A stretch of DNA of 64,000 bases, from contig CAZRML010000010.1 of assembly GCA_964601205.1 (NCBI GenBank), positions 8,649 through 72,648 on the forward strand, read 5' to 3'. Numbering within the stretch: position 1 is the stretch's first letter; each line of letters opens with the position of its first letter. Below are positions 30,342 to 40,364 of this stretch, one piece after another. The position numbers were made by a program, and so were the translations under genes. The notes beneath the pieces are model-generated. The model made no database searches, had not been told where the DNA came from, and worked only from the letters and a program-made list of their open reading frames with translations. This DNA comes from an uncultured Actinomycetota bacterium (GTDB taxonomy: Bacteria > Actinomycetota > Humimicrobiia > Humimicrobiales > Humimicrobiaceae).

Positions 30342-31173
30342 TGATTATATCAGGATTTGCTATATCAATTTTCTTCTTCATCCTTTTGGGCTGATAATTA
30401 TCATCAATTTCTTCAATTTCCTCCGAATCACCGTGAACTCCTATTTTCCCCTCACTATCCTGCACTATGTCTTCTTCGCCTTCATCTTCTTTTTCTTCTT
30501 CTTCTTTCAGATTCTCTAATTCAGGATTCTCTTTCTTGTTTTCTTCCGATCCTTCCTTTTCTTCTGATTCTTCTTCACTTTTAAAAACTTCAAACTCATC
30601 CTCTGACTCCGGCGAATATATTAAATCTTTACCCTGTTTACTCTCTCCAGCAGTTTCCTCGCTTATTTCTTCTACAAGATCAGGGCTCTCTTCCTCTTTT
30701 ATCCCGGATATACCAGAGAGCTTACCTTCTTCTAATTTTGAGGCAGATTCTTTAAAATCATCCACAAGTCTGGTAATTTTCCCCCTGAAGTTTTCATACT
30801 CCCTGTCTAATCTCTTAATTTCTTCTTCCAGCTTCAGCTTCCTGGCCAGCATTTTTTTATAGTGTTCCTCTTCTTCAACTACTTTTGACTTCACCATTTC
30901 CTCTGCTTCCTGTTGTGCCTTTCTCTTTATATCCTCAGCAACCCTGTGAGCTGACACAAGCGCATCCTGTATAACTTTCTTCATTTCTACGGATTCTTTA
31001 TCCCCCTCATACTTAAACCTTTCCATATTATCCATAAGCTCGCGGTTATTTTTCTGTAACCTATCAAATTCTACTGCAAGAATATCTAAAAATTTATCAA
31101 CTTCCTCGGGCTTATAACCCTTAAATACAACATGAAATTCTTTTTTCTGTATACTTTCTGAATTTATATTCAT
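30313..31173 (-). CDS. divIVA: DivIVA-domain cell-division protein with long acidic low-complexity C-terminus
   Basis: The N-terminus reads KKEFHVVFKGYKPEEVDKFLDILAVEFDRL. Coiled-coil and E-rich tails follow. Confidence 0.75.
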   Translation of the reverse strand: MNINSESIQKKEFHVVFKGYKPEEVDKFLDILAVEFDRLQKNNRELMDNMERFKYEGDKESVEMKKVIQDALVSAHRVAEDIKRKAQQEAEEMVKSKVVEEEEHYKKMLARKLKLEEEIKRLDREYENFRGKITRLVDDFKESASKLEEGKLSGISGIKEEESPDLVEEISEETAGESKQGKDLIYSPESEDEFEVFKSEEESEEKEGSEENKKENPELENLKEEEEKEDEGEEDIVQDSEGKIGVHGDSEEIEEIDDNYQPKRMKKKIDIANPDIINDFFKTDED

Positions 31174-31196
31174 AATTACCTCCTGATTTTTTTTAA

Positions 31197-31481
31197 CTAC
31201 ATAAATCTAACTCTTATATATTGTAACAAAATTATCAATAATTCAATTAATATAATTGCTACAATGTATGAGAGGTCTATATAAACCCTTCCTGTCCTTA
31301 CCAGCGGTATAATTTTCCTAAATATTATTAAAAATGGTTCTGTTATGTCAAACAAAAATTTATTTACTTTGTTCAACAAGCCAGTTAGATTTAACCTCAG
31401 CCAGGATATAATAACTCTAATAATTATCAGACCGATATATACCCTCAGGAAAAAAATAACTATTTCAATAAAAAATCCCAT
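31197..31481 (-). CDS. yggT: YggT-family membrane protein
   Basis: It is 94 aa with 2 TM and the FDITEPFLIIFRKIIP motif characteristic of YggT/Ycf19. Confidence 0.7.
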   Translation of the reverse strand: MGFFIEIVIFFLRVYIGLIIIRVIISWLRLNLTGLLNKVNKFLFDITEPFLIIFRKIIPLVRTGRVYIDLSYIVAIILIELLIILLQYIRVRFM

Positions 31482-32312
31482 TTATCTATCCCGGTTAAGA
31501 AATCCCTGTAATTCATATGCTCTTTTTTTTGCACTTTCTACCGCTTTTTTTATTATTTCACCTATCCTTTCACTCTCAAATTTCTTTAACGCCATTTCAG
31601 TAGTTCCACCGGGAGACGCAACTTTTTTAATTAAGCTATCCGGTTCACTTCCCGACTTTTTTAAAGTTATACCTGCTCCAATCATTGTATCTATTACCAG
31701 CTTTCTTGATATCTCCGGTTCCAGTCCATTCTCAATACCGGCTTCTATAAGGTATTTGCAAAAAAGAAAAAAATAAGCCGGTCCGCTGCCGCTCAGGGCA
31801 GTAACAGTATTCTGGTACTTCTCCTCTACCAGTACGTAATCTCCGACACTTTCTATCAACTTTCTTGCAAACGATAAATCTTTATTTTTTGTAAACTTAC
31901 CACTGCTTACCGCGGCAATACCCTTGCCATACAATGCAGGAGTATTGGGCATTATCCTCACCACAGAAGAATTTGGACCCAGTATTTTCTCTATATAAAA
32001 AGTTGGTATTCCGGCCACAATACTTATAATTGAATTCTTTTTATAATTAAAGTTAATCTTAACCTGTTCCAGTACAGAATTCAGGTCCTGTGGTTTCACT
32101 GCCATCAGTATATTCTTTGCCTGCCTGACAAGTCCGGGAATATCATCAGCAGCAGTTACTTTATAGTTATCAATGATATATTTTTTACGGGAAGAATTCT
32201 TATCATAGAATATTACCCGGTTTTCTTTTAAGAAACAACTGCCCAGTGTTCCCCTGAGTATTGCCTCTCCCATATTTCCACAACCTATTATCCCCAGTTC
32301 ATAACCTTCCAA
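31482..32312 (-). CDS. proC: pyrroline-5-carboxylate reductase
   Basis: The Rossmann GIIGCGNMG and C-terminal dimerisation-domain motifs (SPGGTT) are present. I favour a TTG start at 32312, preceded by AAAGGAG, which removes the overlap with sepF. The track ORF extends to 32357. Confidence 0.75.
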   Translation of the reverse strand: MEGYELGIIGCGNMGEAILRGTLGSCFLKENRVIFYDKNSSRKKYIIDNYKVTAADDIPGLVRQAKNILMAVKPQDLNSVLEQVKINFNYKKNSIISIVAGIPTFYIEKILGPNSSVVRIMPNTPALYGKGIAAVSSGKFTKNKDLSFARKLIESVGDYVLVEEKYQNTVTALSGSGPAYFFLFCKYLIEAGIENGLEPEISRKLVIDTMIGAGITLKKSGSEPDSLIKKVASPGGTTEMALKKFESERIGEIIKKAVESAKKRAYELQGFLNRDR

Positions 32313-32328
32313 GAATGCTCCTTTTTTA

Positions 32329-32841
32329 TTAGAAATTATTATAAAAGCCTTCCTCACGTAATAATTCTTTTTCTTCTGAGCTGACCTCTACATTATACGG
32401 AGTTATAAGAAACACTTTTTCTGCTACTTTTTTTATACTCCCTTCCAACGCATATGTGAGGCCGCTACAAAAGTCAATTACCCTTTTGGCCAGGTCCTGG
32501 TCAGCTTTTTGAAGGTTAATTATAACAGGAATATTTTCCTTAAAATTATCCGCTATTATCTGTATCTCCTCAAATTCCCCTGGCTCGGCAACAAAAACTC
32601 TTGATTTTATTCCCTCTCTGCCTGAACTCAGTAATGAAACTTTTCGTGCTGGTTTAGGCGTCATGCTGTGCCCCCTTTTAAAAAACCCTTTTTCCTGTTC
32701 TTTTTCTAATTTATTATCCTCAACCTTTAACTTCTTTCCCCTTCTACTCACTATATCCCTTTTTTCTTCATCATCCAGGCTTATCTCATCTTCATCTGAT
32801 AAACCCAGAAAAGAAAGTGTTTTTTTAAAAAATTTATTCAT
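32329..32841 (-). CDS. sepF: cell division protein SepF
   Basis: The conserved C-terminal core reads VFVAEPGEFEEIQIIADNFKENIPVIINLQKADQDLAKRVIDFCSGLTYALEGSI. The start is ATG 32841, preceded by AAGGGG. Confidence 0.75.
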   Translation of the reverse strand: MNKFFKKTLSFLGLSDEDEISLDDEEKRDIVSRRGKKLKVEDNKLEKEQEKGFFKRGHSMTPKPARKVSLLSSGREGIKSRVFVAEPGEFEEIQIIADNFKENIPVIINLQKADQDLAKRVIDFCSGLTYALEGSIKKVAEKVFLITPYNVEVSSEEKELLREEGFYNNF

Positions 32842-32931
32842 TAATATACCCCTTTTCAATTATAAAAATTAATAAAAAAATTTTTATACTCTATAAAACT
32901 CCTGTCCTTCAATAAATACCAGCTTATAGCC

Positions 32932-33732
32932 TTATAAAATTATTGCTACTGCCGCCTGCCTTCCCGTTATCCTGTTCCTCCTGTATGAAAAAAAACTATG
33001 GTTGCAATAAGTGCATTCTCCGCAATCAAAAATATTACTTTCACTTATACCTTCATCCTTTAACTGCATATAATTAATACTCACCAGATCCAAAAAGAAA
33101 TATCCATCTACGTTTGAATAAAACCCTTTATCTCCAAATTTTTTTACGAACTTTTCTACAATAAGTCTATCAACTTTATAACAGCACTTCCTTATACTGG
33201 GCCCAAAAGCTACCATAATATCTTCCCTGTTGCTTTTAAACTTATTTACCATATATATAATTACTTTTGCTGCTATCTCTTTTAAAGTTCCCATCCATCC
33301 AGCGTGAACGGCAGCAATTACTTTTTTTTCTTTATCCGCTACCAGTATTAAGTTACAATCAGCTCCCATTACCATTACCGGTGTTTTCTTTAAACCGGTT
33401 ATCAGACAATCTGCTTCCCGGTAAATACTATCCACATCCCAATCCAGACTTTTATCTATATTTAATATCCTGTTTCCATGAACCTGCTTTACAGAATATA
33501 TTCTTTTCACATCATTTAAATTAAGCTTTTTTAATATCAACTTCCTATTTCTGCTAACATTCTTCTTACTATCGCCCGTATAATAATCCACATTCAAAGA
33601 CTCAAACTTACCCCTGCTGTATCCTCCATTCCTCGTAGTGAAACAAAAAATTATCCCATACTTTTCTTTCAGGTAAGGCAATAAATACGCAGTAAAACCT
33701 TTATTAATTAATGTCTTTTCTATTCCAATCAT
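32932..33732 (-). CDS. pgeF: YfiH/PgeF (DUF152, laccase-domain) purine nucleoside-processing enzyme
   Basis: The CCY...HAGW...GADC pattern (MGADCNLILV, AAVHAGWMG) is present. Its position between ftsZ and sepF corresponds to ylmD. Confidence 0.7.
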   Translation of the reverse strand: MIGIEKTLINKGFTAYLLPYLKEKYGIIFCFTTRNGGYSRGKFESLNVDYYTGDSKKNVSRNRKLILKKLNLNDVKRIYSVKQVHGNRILNIDKSLDWDVDSIYREADCLITGLKKTPVMVMGADCNLILVADKEKKVIAAVHAGWMGTLKEIAAKVIIYMVNKFKSNREDIMVAFGPSIRKCCYKVDRLIVEKFVKKFGDKGFYSNVDGYFFLDLVSINYMQLKDEGISESNIFDCGECTYCNHSFFSYRRNRITGRQAAVAIIL

Positions 33733-33743
33733 TTACTTTTATT

Positions 33744-34925
33744 TTATTCCTTGCTTTTTCTTAAGAATGTAGGTATGTCAAGGTAATCATCTTCTTCAAG
33801 AGAAGCAAAGTCTTTTTCTGATATTTTCCTGAATTCCTTTTTATCTTTTTCTTTATCCTTCCTCTCCGCAACCAGGTCTTTTTCAAACTCAAATAATTTT
33901 TTCTCTACTTCTTTTTCCCTTTTCTTCTCATCATCTACTTTTGTTTTACTATCAGCTTTAACCTTTTTAGCTTTTCCTGATTCAAATCCTGTAGCAATAA
34001 CGGTAACCTTCACACTGTCATTAATACTCTCATCAATAACGGCACCAAATATAATATTCGCATTTGGGCTGGAGGCATTTCTTATAATTTCCGCTGCCTG
34101 ATTAACCTCAAATAACTTTAAATCAGAACCACCGGATATGTTTAAAAGAATACCGCTTGCACCTTCTATTGAAGTTTCAATAAGAGGACTTGCGATGGCA
34201 TTTTGTGCAGCTTTTATTGCCCTGCTTTCGCCCGATGCCATTCCGTCTCCCAGTATTGCATTTCCTGCATTTTTTATAACTGACTTTACATCCGCAAAAT
34301 CAAGATTAATAAGTCCGGGTAGAGTAATCAGATCGGTAACTCCCCTTACCCCGGCTTTAAGTACATTATCAGCGAGCCTGAAAGCACTAAGTAGCGTGGT
34401 ATTATCATCTGAAATCTCCAGCAGCCTGTCATTGGGTATAATAATTAAAGTATCCACCTTGTCCCCCAAATCCTCTATACCTTCTTCTGCCTGGCACATT
34501 CTCTTTTTACCCTCAAAAGAGAATGGCTTCGTTACAACTGCAACTGTAAGGCAACCTGCCTCTCTGGCGGCTGCAGCTATAACAGGAGCTGCCCCTGTTC
34601 CCGTTCCCCCTCCTTCTCCTACTGTCAGGAATATCATATCCGCATCTTTTACTATTTCTTTTATTGATTCTATAGATTTCTCGGCAGCGACCCTGCCTAT
34701 TTCTGGATTGGAACCTGCGCCCAGACCCGTTTCACCAATTAATACTTTTTTGTCTGCGGTAGACATCATAAGAGCCTGCGCATCAGTGTTTACAGCCATA
34801 AATTCGCATCCGCTTAAATTATCCTCCATCATCCTGTTAACCGCGTTACTCCCACCACCTCCTATACCTATAACTCTTATAACCGCATAATAACTTTTAT
34901 CAAAATTTAAACTCAAAATAATCAC
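33744..34925 (-). CDS. ftsZ: cell division GTPase FtsZ
   Basis: GIGGGGSNAVNRM is the tubulin signature. A C-terminal conserved peptide is also present. Confidence 0.9.
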   Translation of the reverse strand: MIILSLNFDKSYYAVIRVIGIGGGGSNAVNRMMEDNLSGCEFMAVNTDAQALMMSTADKKVLIGETGLGAGSNPEIGRVAAEKSIESIKEIVKDADMIFLTVGEGGGTGTGAAPVIAAAAREAGCLTVAVVTKPFSFEGKKRMCQAEEGIEDLGDKVDTLIIIPNDRLLEISDDNTTLLSAFRLADNVLKAGVRGVTDLITLPGLINLDFADVKSVIKNAGNAILGDGMASGESRAIKAAQNAIASPLIETSIEGASGILLNISGGSDLKLFEVNQAAEIIRNASSPNANIIFGAVIDESINDSVKVTVIATGFESGKAKKVKADSKTKVDDEKKREKEVEKKLFEFEKDLVAERKDKEKDKKEFRKISEKDFASLEEDDYLDIPTFLRKSKE

Positions 34926-36172
34926 CTGCTTTCATTTTTTAAAATTTTAAAGATAAACTCTCTGAATTTATTTAAGAAACTATTTTTTTCTCTCGCTCCG
35001 CCAGCCTGGCTAATATTACTATAGTTTTCTAACTGATAAGCATATTTTAATAAACCCACACCTGTAGAATAGATGGGATTGTCGACCACTTCAGGCGGCC
35101 CTTCCACATCACAGGAAGTCCCCAGTCTCACAGGTAAATTAAATACAGAGTTTGCCAGCGGAGCTATCCCCCTGAGCAGGGAGGTACCGCCTGTTATCAC
35201 CAGACCGCAGGGGACCTGGTGCATAAAATTATAACCTTCAATTTTTTGTTTAACTAAATCCAGAAGTTCCTTAACCCTTGAGTTTACTATATTATATAAC
35301 CTTATATTTAAGGTTGTCTTATTACTGTCAATTTTAACATCCCCTATATTTAACCTGTTTAGAGTATCATAGAAATTGTAATCAACATTAGCAAACTTCT
35401 TTTTAATCTCCTCTGCCTTTGAAAAGGGCACATTTAGACCTATTGATATATCATTGGTTATTAAATCCCCGCCTACGGGAAGACAGTAAGTAAATATCAT
35501 TTTTTTATTTTTATATACTGCAACATCAGTAGTTCCCCCTCCTATATCAATGAGTATTACTCCACTATCCCTTTCTTCTGGAGTAAGGACAGCTTCGCTT
35601 GATGCAAGAGCTTCAACAATAATATCTTCTATTTCTATTTTAGCAGCTTTTATACTATTAACTACATTACTTATTAAAGAAGCCGAGCCATAAACTACCA
35701 GCAATTCTACCGCCAGCTTACTTGCCGACAGACCTATGGGATCTACAATGCCGCCTTCCCCATCAATGACAAACTGCTTGATAAGAGTGTGTATAATTTC
35801 ATGCTGGGCCGGTATATTTACTTTATTGGCCATAGAAATCAGTTTATCTACATCAACTTTTCTTACTATACTATTTGGTGAAGTAATATTTATTTCACTC
35901 CAGTTGCTCAGAAAAGAAATGTGTTTGCCGGTAACTCCTATATAGGCATTATTTATAAATATTTTAGTAGATTTTTCAGCAACCTCGATGGAGTTAAGAA
36001 TAGATTTAGTAGCTTCGTTTATATCTATAACCAGACCTTTTTTAATACCTTTTGAGCCAGAAATTCCAAAACCCTTTATCTTCAATGAATTCTTTTCTAC
36101 TTTTCCGATTAAAGTAGTAACCTTGGTGGTTCCTATATCAATACCCACGATATGTTCATCATTAGCTACCAA
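34922..36172 (-). CDS. ftsA: cell division protein FtsA
   Basis: The actin-like ATPase motifs VGIDIGTTKV and LIDIGGGTTDVAV are present. Confidence 0.85.
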   Translation of the reverse strand: MVANDEHIVGIDIGTTKVTTLIGKVEKNSLKIKGFGISGSKGIKKGLVIDINEATKSILNSIEVAEKSTKIFINNAYIGVTGKHISFLSNWSEINITSPNSIVRKVDVDKLISMANKVNIPAQHEIIHTLIKQFVIDGEGGIVDPIGLSASKLAVELLVVYGSASLISNVVNSIKAAKIEIEDIIVEALASSEAVLTPEERDSGVILIDIGGGTTDVAVYKNKKMIFTYCLPVGGDLITNDISIGLNVPFSKAEEIKKKFANVDYNFYDTLNRLNIGDVKIDSNKTTLNIRLYNIVNSRVKELLDLVKQKIEGYNFMHQVPCGLVITGGTSLLRGIAPLANSVFNLPVRLGTSCDVEGPPEVVDNPIYSTGVGLLKYAYQLENYSNISQAGGAREKNSFLNKFREFIFKILKNESR

Positions 36173-36196
36173 TCAAACCTCCGCTTCTCCGCATTT

Positions 36197-36985
36197 TTAC
36201 TTTAATACCGGACTCTCGGGACTTTTTATTTCTATTATATTACAATTTGTTCCTTCTTTTAACAATTGTTTTAACACTTCAACCTTTTCAATTAAAAAAT
36301 TACTATCGCCAAAAATAATTTTCTTCCCATCAATGGTAATGAAAACTATATCCCCTGAGATATTGTTTTCTATTCTTGCTTCTTTAATTATAGATTTTAA
36401 TTCAATATCAAAAATTTTATAAATTTCAGCACAGCTTAGTACGTTCCTTTTCGCTATTTTCTCCCCTATCTCAATGCTATAGTCCACTGCATTACTTACC
36501 AGAACAAGATTTTCATATTCACTTAGATCTTCCTTTTTAATTCTTTCCAGTACCGCACCTTCATTATCTATCAAAAAATATTCATTTTTGTATACTATCT
36601 TAAGATATGGCTTTCTCTCTATAAGTTTTATAATCACTTTATCCGGGAATACTTTATTTAATTCAGCATCCTTAACCCAGTTTAATTCATCTGATACTGT
36701 ATCTTCTATTTCCTTTTTATTGACCTCAAATATATTTGCTCCCATTATTTCCTTAACCATCTCTATAATTTCTTCATCTCTATAATGTGTATTATCCTGT
36801 ATGTCTATATTTTTAATCTTAAAATATTCACTGTTATAAAAAAAATTTAACCCCCACACTGCCATAGCGAAAAATCCAGCAATCAACACCAGCTTTAAAA
36901 AATCCCATATTTTCCTTCTGATTATCTTTCTTTTTCTTCTTTTGAGTATATCGTCATTTTTTTTAATTTTATTACCCTTAATCAC
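36197..36985 (-). CDS. ftsQ: cell division protein FtsQ/DivIB (POTRA domain)
   Basis: It has an N-terminal TM, a POTRA domain and an FtsQ beta domain. It is correctly placed between ddl and ftsA. Confidence 0.7.
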   Translation of the reverse strand: MIKGNKIKKNDDILKRRKRKIIRRKIWDFLKLVLIAGFFAMAVWGLNFFYNSEYFKIKNIDIQDNTHYRDEEIIEMVKEIMGANIFEVNKKEIEDTVSDELNWVKDAELNKVFPDKVIIKLIERKPYLKIVYKNEYFLIDNEGAVLERIKKEDLSEYENLVLVSNAVDYSIEIGEKIAKRNVLSCAEIYKIFDIELKSIIKEARIENNISGDIVFITIDGKKIIFGDSNFLIEKVEVLKQLLKEGTNCNIIEIKSPESPVLK

Positions 36986-37959
36986 ACTTTTAGACTGGCT
37001 AAATCCAGCATTATTTCTATTAAATGGTCAAAATCAATACCCACAGCTTTTGCGGCTTTGGGGACCAGGCTGGTGGCTGTCATGCCGGGCATGGTATTTA
37101 ATTCAATAACATAAGCATCATTATTTTTATTTAGTATAAAATCAACCCTTGATATACTTTTGCACTGAAGAATTTTATGGCATTTTACTGCTGCATTTGA
37201 AATTTGCCTGCTAATTGTCCCGTCCAGCTTTGCCGGAACTATATATTTCGTCATATTCTTAGTATATTTAGCTTTATAATCATAGAATCCACTTTTTGGC
37301 TTTATTTCAATAATTGGCAGGGCAACAGGTTCATTACCAATAATACTTACAGTCAGCTCCCTGCCCTTTATATATCTTTCAATCAGAATTTTATTATCAT
37401 ATTTTAATGCATCTCTTATCGCATACTCCAGTTTATCATGTTCATAAACTATATTTATTCCTATAGTTGAACCTTCGCTATTTGGCTTTACTATCACGGG
37501 AAATGATAATTTTTTATTAATTGACTCTTTGATTTCCAGAAAGTTCTTATTTTCATTAAAATCTATGGCAATATAGTCAGGAGTAAGAATATTTTTACAT
37601 TTTAAAATCTCTTTTGATAATATTTTATTAATACTTATAGCGCTCCCCGGCACTCCCGAACCGGTATAGGGAATCTTCATATATTCAAGTAAACCCTGAA
37701 TAGTTCCATCCTCGCCATACCTTCCATGAAGAGCAAGAAAGGCTAAATTTATTTTTCTGAGGTCGCCCAAAATATCTTTTTTGGTGTCTATAAAAATAAC
37801 ATCGTAGCCTGACTTTATCAAAGACTGATAAATATTTTTCCCGGTTAAAAGAGAAATTTCTCTCTCAGAAGAAATACCTCCAGCAATAACCCCTATTCTC
37901 AATAATTTCTTTTTACTCCTCACCGACAGGCTCTGAAATTTTTTCAGATTATCTTTCAT
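36982..37959 (-). CDS. ddl: D-alanine--D-alanine ligase
   Basis: It has an ATP-grasp fold and the SSEREISLLTG N-terminal motif. Confidence 0.8.
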   Translation of the reverse strand: MKDNLKKFQSLSVRSKKKLLRIGVIAGGISSEREISLLTGKNIYQSLIKSGYDVIFIDTKKDILGDLRKINLAFLALHGRYGEDGTIQGLLEYMKIPYTGSGVPGSAISINKILSKEILKCKNILTPDYIAIDFNENKNFLEIKESINKKLSFPVIVKPNSEGSTIGINIVYEHDKLEYAIRDALKYDNKILIERYIKGRELTVSIIGNEPVALPIIEIKPKSGFYDYKAKYTKNMTKYIVPAKLDGTISRQISNAAVKCHKILQCKSISRVDFILNKNNDAYVIELNTMPGMTATSLVPKAAKAVGIDFDHLIEIMLDLASLKV

Positions 37960-37960
37960 T

Positions 37961-38911
37961 CTAAAATCCTACCAGCTTAACCTCGTAATCCAGTTTTTTA
38001 TTAAATTTATCCATAACTATTTCACTTACTATTCTTGAAAGTACGAATATGTCCTGCGAACTGGCATTTTTAAAATTTTCAATAAAATTCGCATGTTTAT
38101 CTGAGATCCTTGCCCCTCCATAAATAAATCCCTTAAGGCCGCATTCTTCTATTAACTGACCCGTAGACTTAGGGTAACCATCTATATTCTTAAAAAAACA
38201 GCCGGAACTTCTGGAACTAATTGGCTGGGCCTTTTTCTTTTTTTTTATTTTTTTTGCTATTTTTTTAATAATATCTTTCTCGTTAGATTTTTTAGCACCA
38301 AAAATTATTTCAGTTATAGCTACCAGACCTGTTATATCCAGGTGTCTATAACCAAAATTACTTTTATCTAAATTTATGGTCTCTTCTACGATATCGTCCT
38401 TATGATACGCAATAATCCTTATTTTCTTTACAAAATCACAAATTCCAGCTTCCCTGCTACCGCTGTTGCCCCTGATGCTTCCGCCCAGGGTTCCGGGTAT
38501 TCCGGAAAACTCCGAAAAATCATATCCCCTGCCGGCAGCCCTGGCTATAAATTTTGAAAGATTACACCCGGCACCTGCTATAATATTGCCTTTTATTATG
38601 TTGTCTTCATGTCCGAACTTTATATAATCAAAGCCTTTCCCCAATTTTATAAGAACCATATTTTCATAATTATCGCTGAATAATATATTTGTACAATCAC
38701 CAATAATCATAAATTCAAGCTCATTTATCAGGCAGGCCCTTATCATCTTTTTTAAATCCTCAATACCTCCAGCAACAAAATAACACAGTGCTCTACCGCC
38801 TGCTTTAATAGAAGTTATCTTTGATGTATCAATATCAAATATTACATTTTTAAGTCCGGTCTTTTTAATAATTTTTACAGCTTCCTTCACCGACGGTTTT
38901 CTTCCGGCCAT
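37961..38911 (-). CDS. murB: UDP-N-acetylenolpyruvoylglucosamine reductase
   Basis: An FAD-binding PCMH domain (IKAGGRALCYF) and the MurB C-terminal domain are present. Confidence 0.8.
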   Translation of the reverse strand: MAGRKPSVKEAVKIIKKTGLKNVIFDIDTSKITSIKAGGRALCYFVAGGIEDLKKMIRACLINELEFMIIGDCTNILFSDNYENMVLIKLGKGFDYIKFGHEDNIIKGNIIAGAGCNLSKFIARAAGRGYDFSEFSGIPGTLGGSIRGNSGSREAGICDFVKKIRIIAYHKDDIVEETINLDKSNFGYRHLDITGLVAITEIIFGAKKSNEKDIIKKIAKKIKKKKKAQPISSRSSGCFFKNIDGYPKSTGQLIEECGLKGFIYGGARISDKHANFIENFKNASSQDIFVLSRIVSEIVMDKFNKKLDYEVKLVGF

Positions 38912-38962
38912 GATAAATCTCCATCATCCATTATGTAACTTAATACAGCGTAAATAACCAGC

Positions 38963-40363
38963 TCAATGTTTTAATATTTCATCAGTAACCCTGGTTATAT
39001 CTCCTGCTCCCATCATCAGAACCATATCATCTTTTCTCATATTCAGCTCCAGGTATTCTGTTACATCCCTTAGCTTTGGAATATATATTATCTTCCTATT
39101 AAACCCGTTATCCACCAGACTATCCACCAGAACTTTACCCGTAATGCCAGGGATGGGCTGCTCACCCGAGCCATATACATCAGTAATAATTAAAATATCA
39201 CCTTTATCAAAACAGCCATTAAACTTATCTTTTAAATTAGCCAGCCTTGAATATCTATGCGGCTGAAAAACTATAATTACTCTTTTGCCCCCCTCTTCTG
39301 CAGCTGCCTCAAGAGTTGCCTTTACTTCAGTAGGATGATGCGCATAATCATCAAAGAGAACCGCCCCATTCTTTTCACCTCTTTTTTCAAACCTCCTCTT
39401 TACCCCGGTAAAAAATTTTAATATTTCAGCAGCTTTTCTCATGTCCATATTCAATACCCTGCACACGGCAAAAGCTGCCAGGCTATTCTTAATATTATGA
39501 ATGCCGGGTATATTTAAATGAATCTTTAACTTCTCTGTATTTTTCCCCCTGCCAGAAACAAGTGTGTAGTAAGAAGTAAAATTAGAAAATTTTATTTTTT
39601 CAGCATAAATATTGTTCCAGGGGTCAATTCCATAGTATATAATCTTTCTATTATCTGATTCAAAGATGTTACTAAAACCCCTGAGATTTTTTTCATCGCC
39701 ATTTAAAATTAAGAAACCGTTTGATTTCGTATTAAGGATAAATTTTTTGAAACTCTCTCTTATCTCTTCTATATCCTTATAGAAATCAAAATGGTCACCT
39801 TCAATATTAGTAACTATACTTATGAATGGACTATATTTAAGAAAAGAACCATCACTCTCACATGCTTCAGCAATAACATAATTACCGTTTCCGTATCTTG
39901 CATTTGAGCCAAGTTCATTCAACTCACCACCGACCATTATAATCGGGTCCAGACCCATACCCCGCAGGAGCAGGGCGACCATGGAGGTTGTTGTGGTCTT
40001 TCCATGAGTTCCGGATATAGCTATACCCTCTCTGGAGTTCAATACCCATGCTAATACATCCGAACGTGCCAGCATAGGGATCCCTCCCCTCCTGGCGGCT
40101 ATCATTTCTACATTAGTATCAGGTATTGCATTAGAGTAAACAATCACATCAGCGCCCCGGATATTGCCTCCGCTATGCCCTGTAAATATTTCTATATTTT
40201 TACTTCTTAAAACATTTGTATAACGTGATTCTTTTATATCGGAGCCGGACACTTCAAAACCCATGCCTTTAAGGACCTGGGCTATTGCACTCATACCCGC
40301 CCCACCTATACCAACCAGGAAAATTTTTTTGCTCTTTTTTAAAATATTATCGTAAATGGCCAA
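38963..40363 (-). CDS. murC: UDP-N-acetylmuramate--L-alanine ligase
   Basis: VGIGGAGMSAIAQVL and GTHGKTTTTSM are Mur ligase motifs. Confidence 0.85.
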   Translation of the reverse strand: MAIYDNILKKSKKIFLVGIGGAGMSAIAQVLKGMGFEVSGSDIKESRYTNVLRSKNIEIFTGHSGGNIRGADVIVYSNAIPDTNVEMIAARRGGIPMLARSDVLAWVLNSREGIAISGTHGKTTTTSMVALLLRGMGLDPIIMVGGELNELGSNARYGNGNYVIAEACESDGSFLKYSPFISIVTNIEGDHFDFYKDIEEIRESFKKFILNTKSNGFLILNGDEKNLRGFSNIFESDNRKIIYYGIDPWNNIYAEKIKFSNFTSYYTLVSGRGKNTEKLKIHLNIPGIHNIKNSLAAFAVCRVLNMDMRKAAEILKFFTGVKRRFEKRGEKNGAVLFDDYAHHPTEVKATLEAAAEEGGKRVIIVFQPHRYSRLANLKDKFNGCFDKGDILIITDVYGSGEQPIPGITGKVLVDSLVDNGFNRKIIYIPKLRDVTEYLELNMRKDDMVLMMGAGDITRVTDEILKH

Positions 40364-40364
40364 C

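Noticed and set aside
34138-34890. 250-aa plus-strand ORF
   Set aside because: It is entirely antisense to ftsZ. Its Ala/Pro/Ser-rich translation is typical of the reverse frame of a GC-richer conserved gene.
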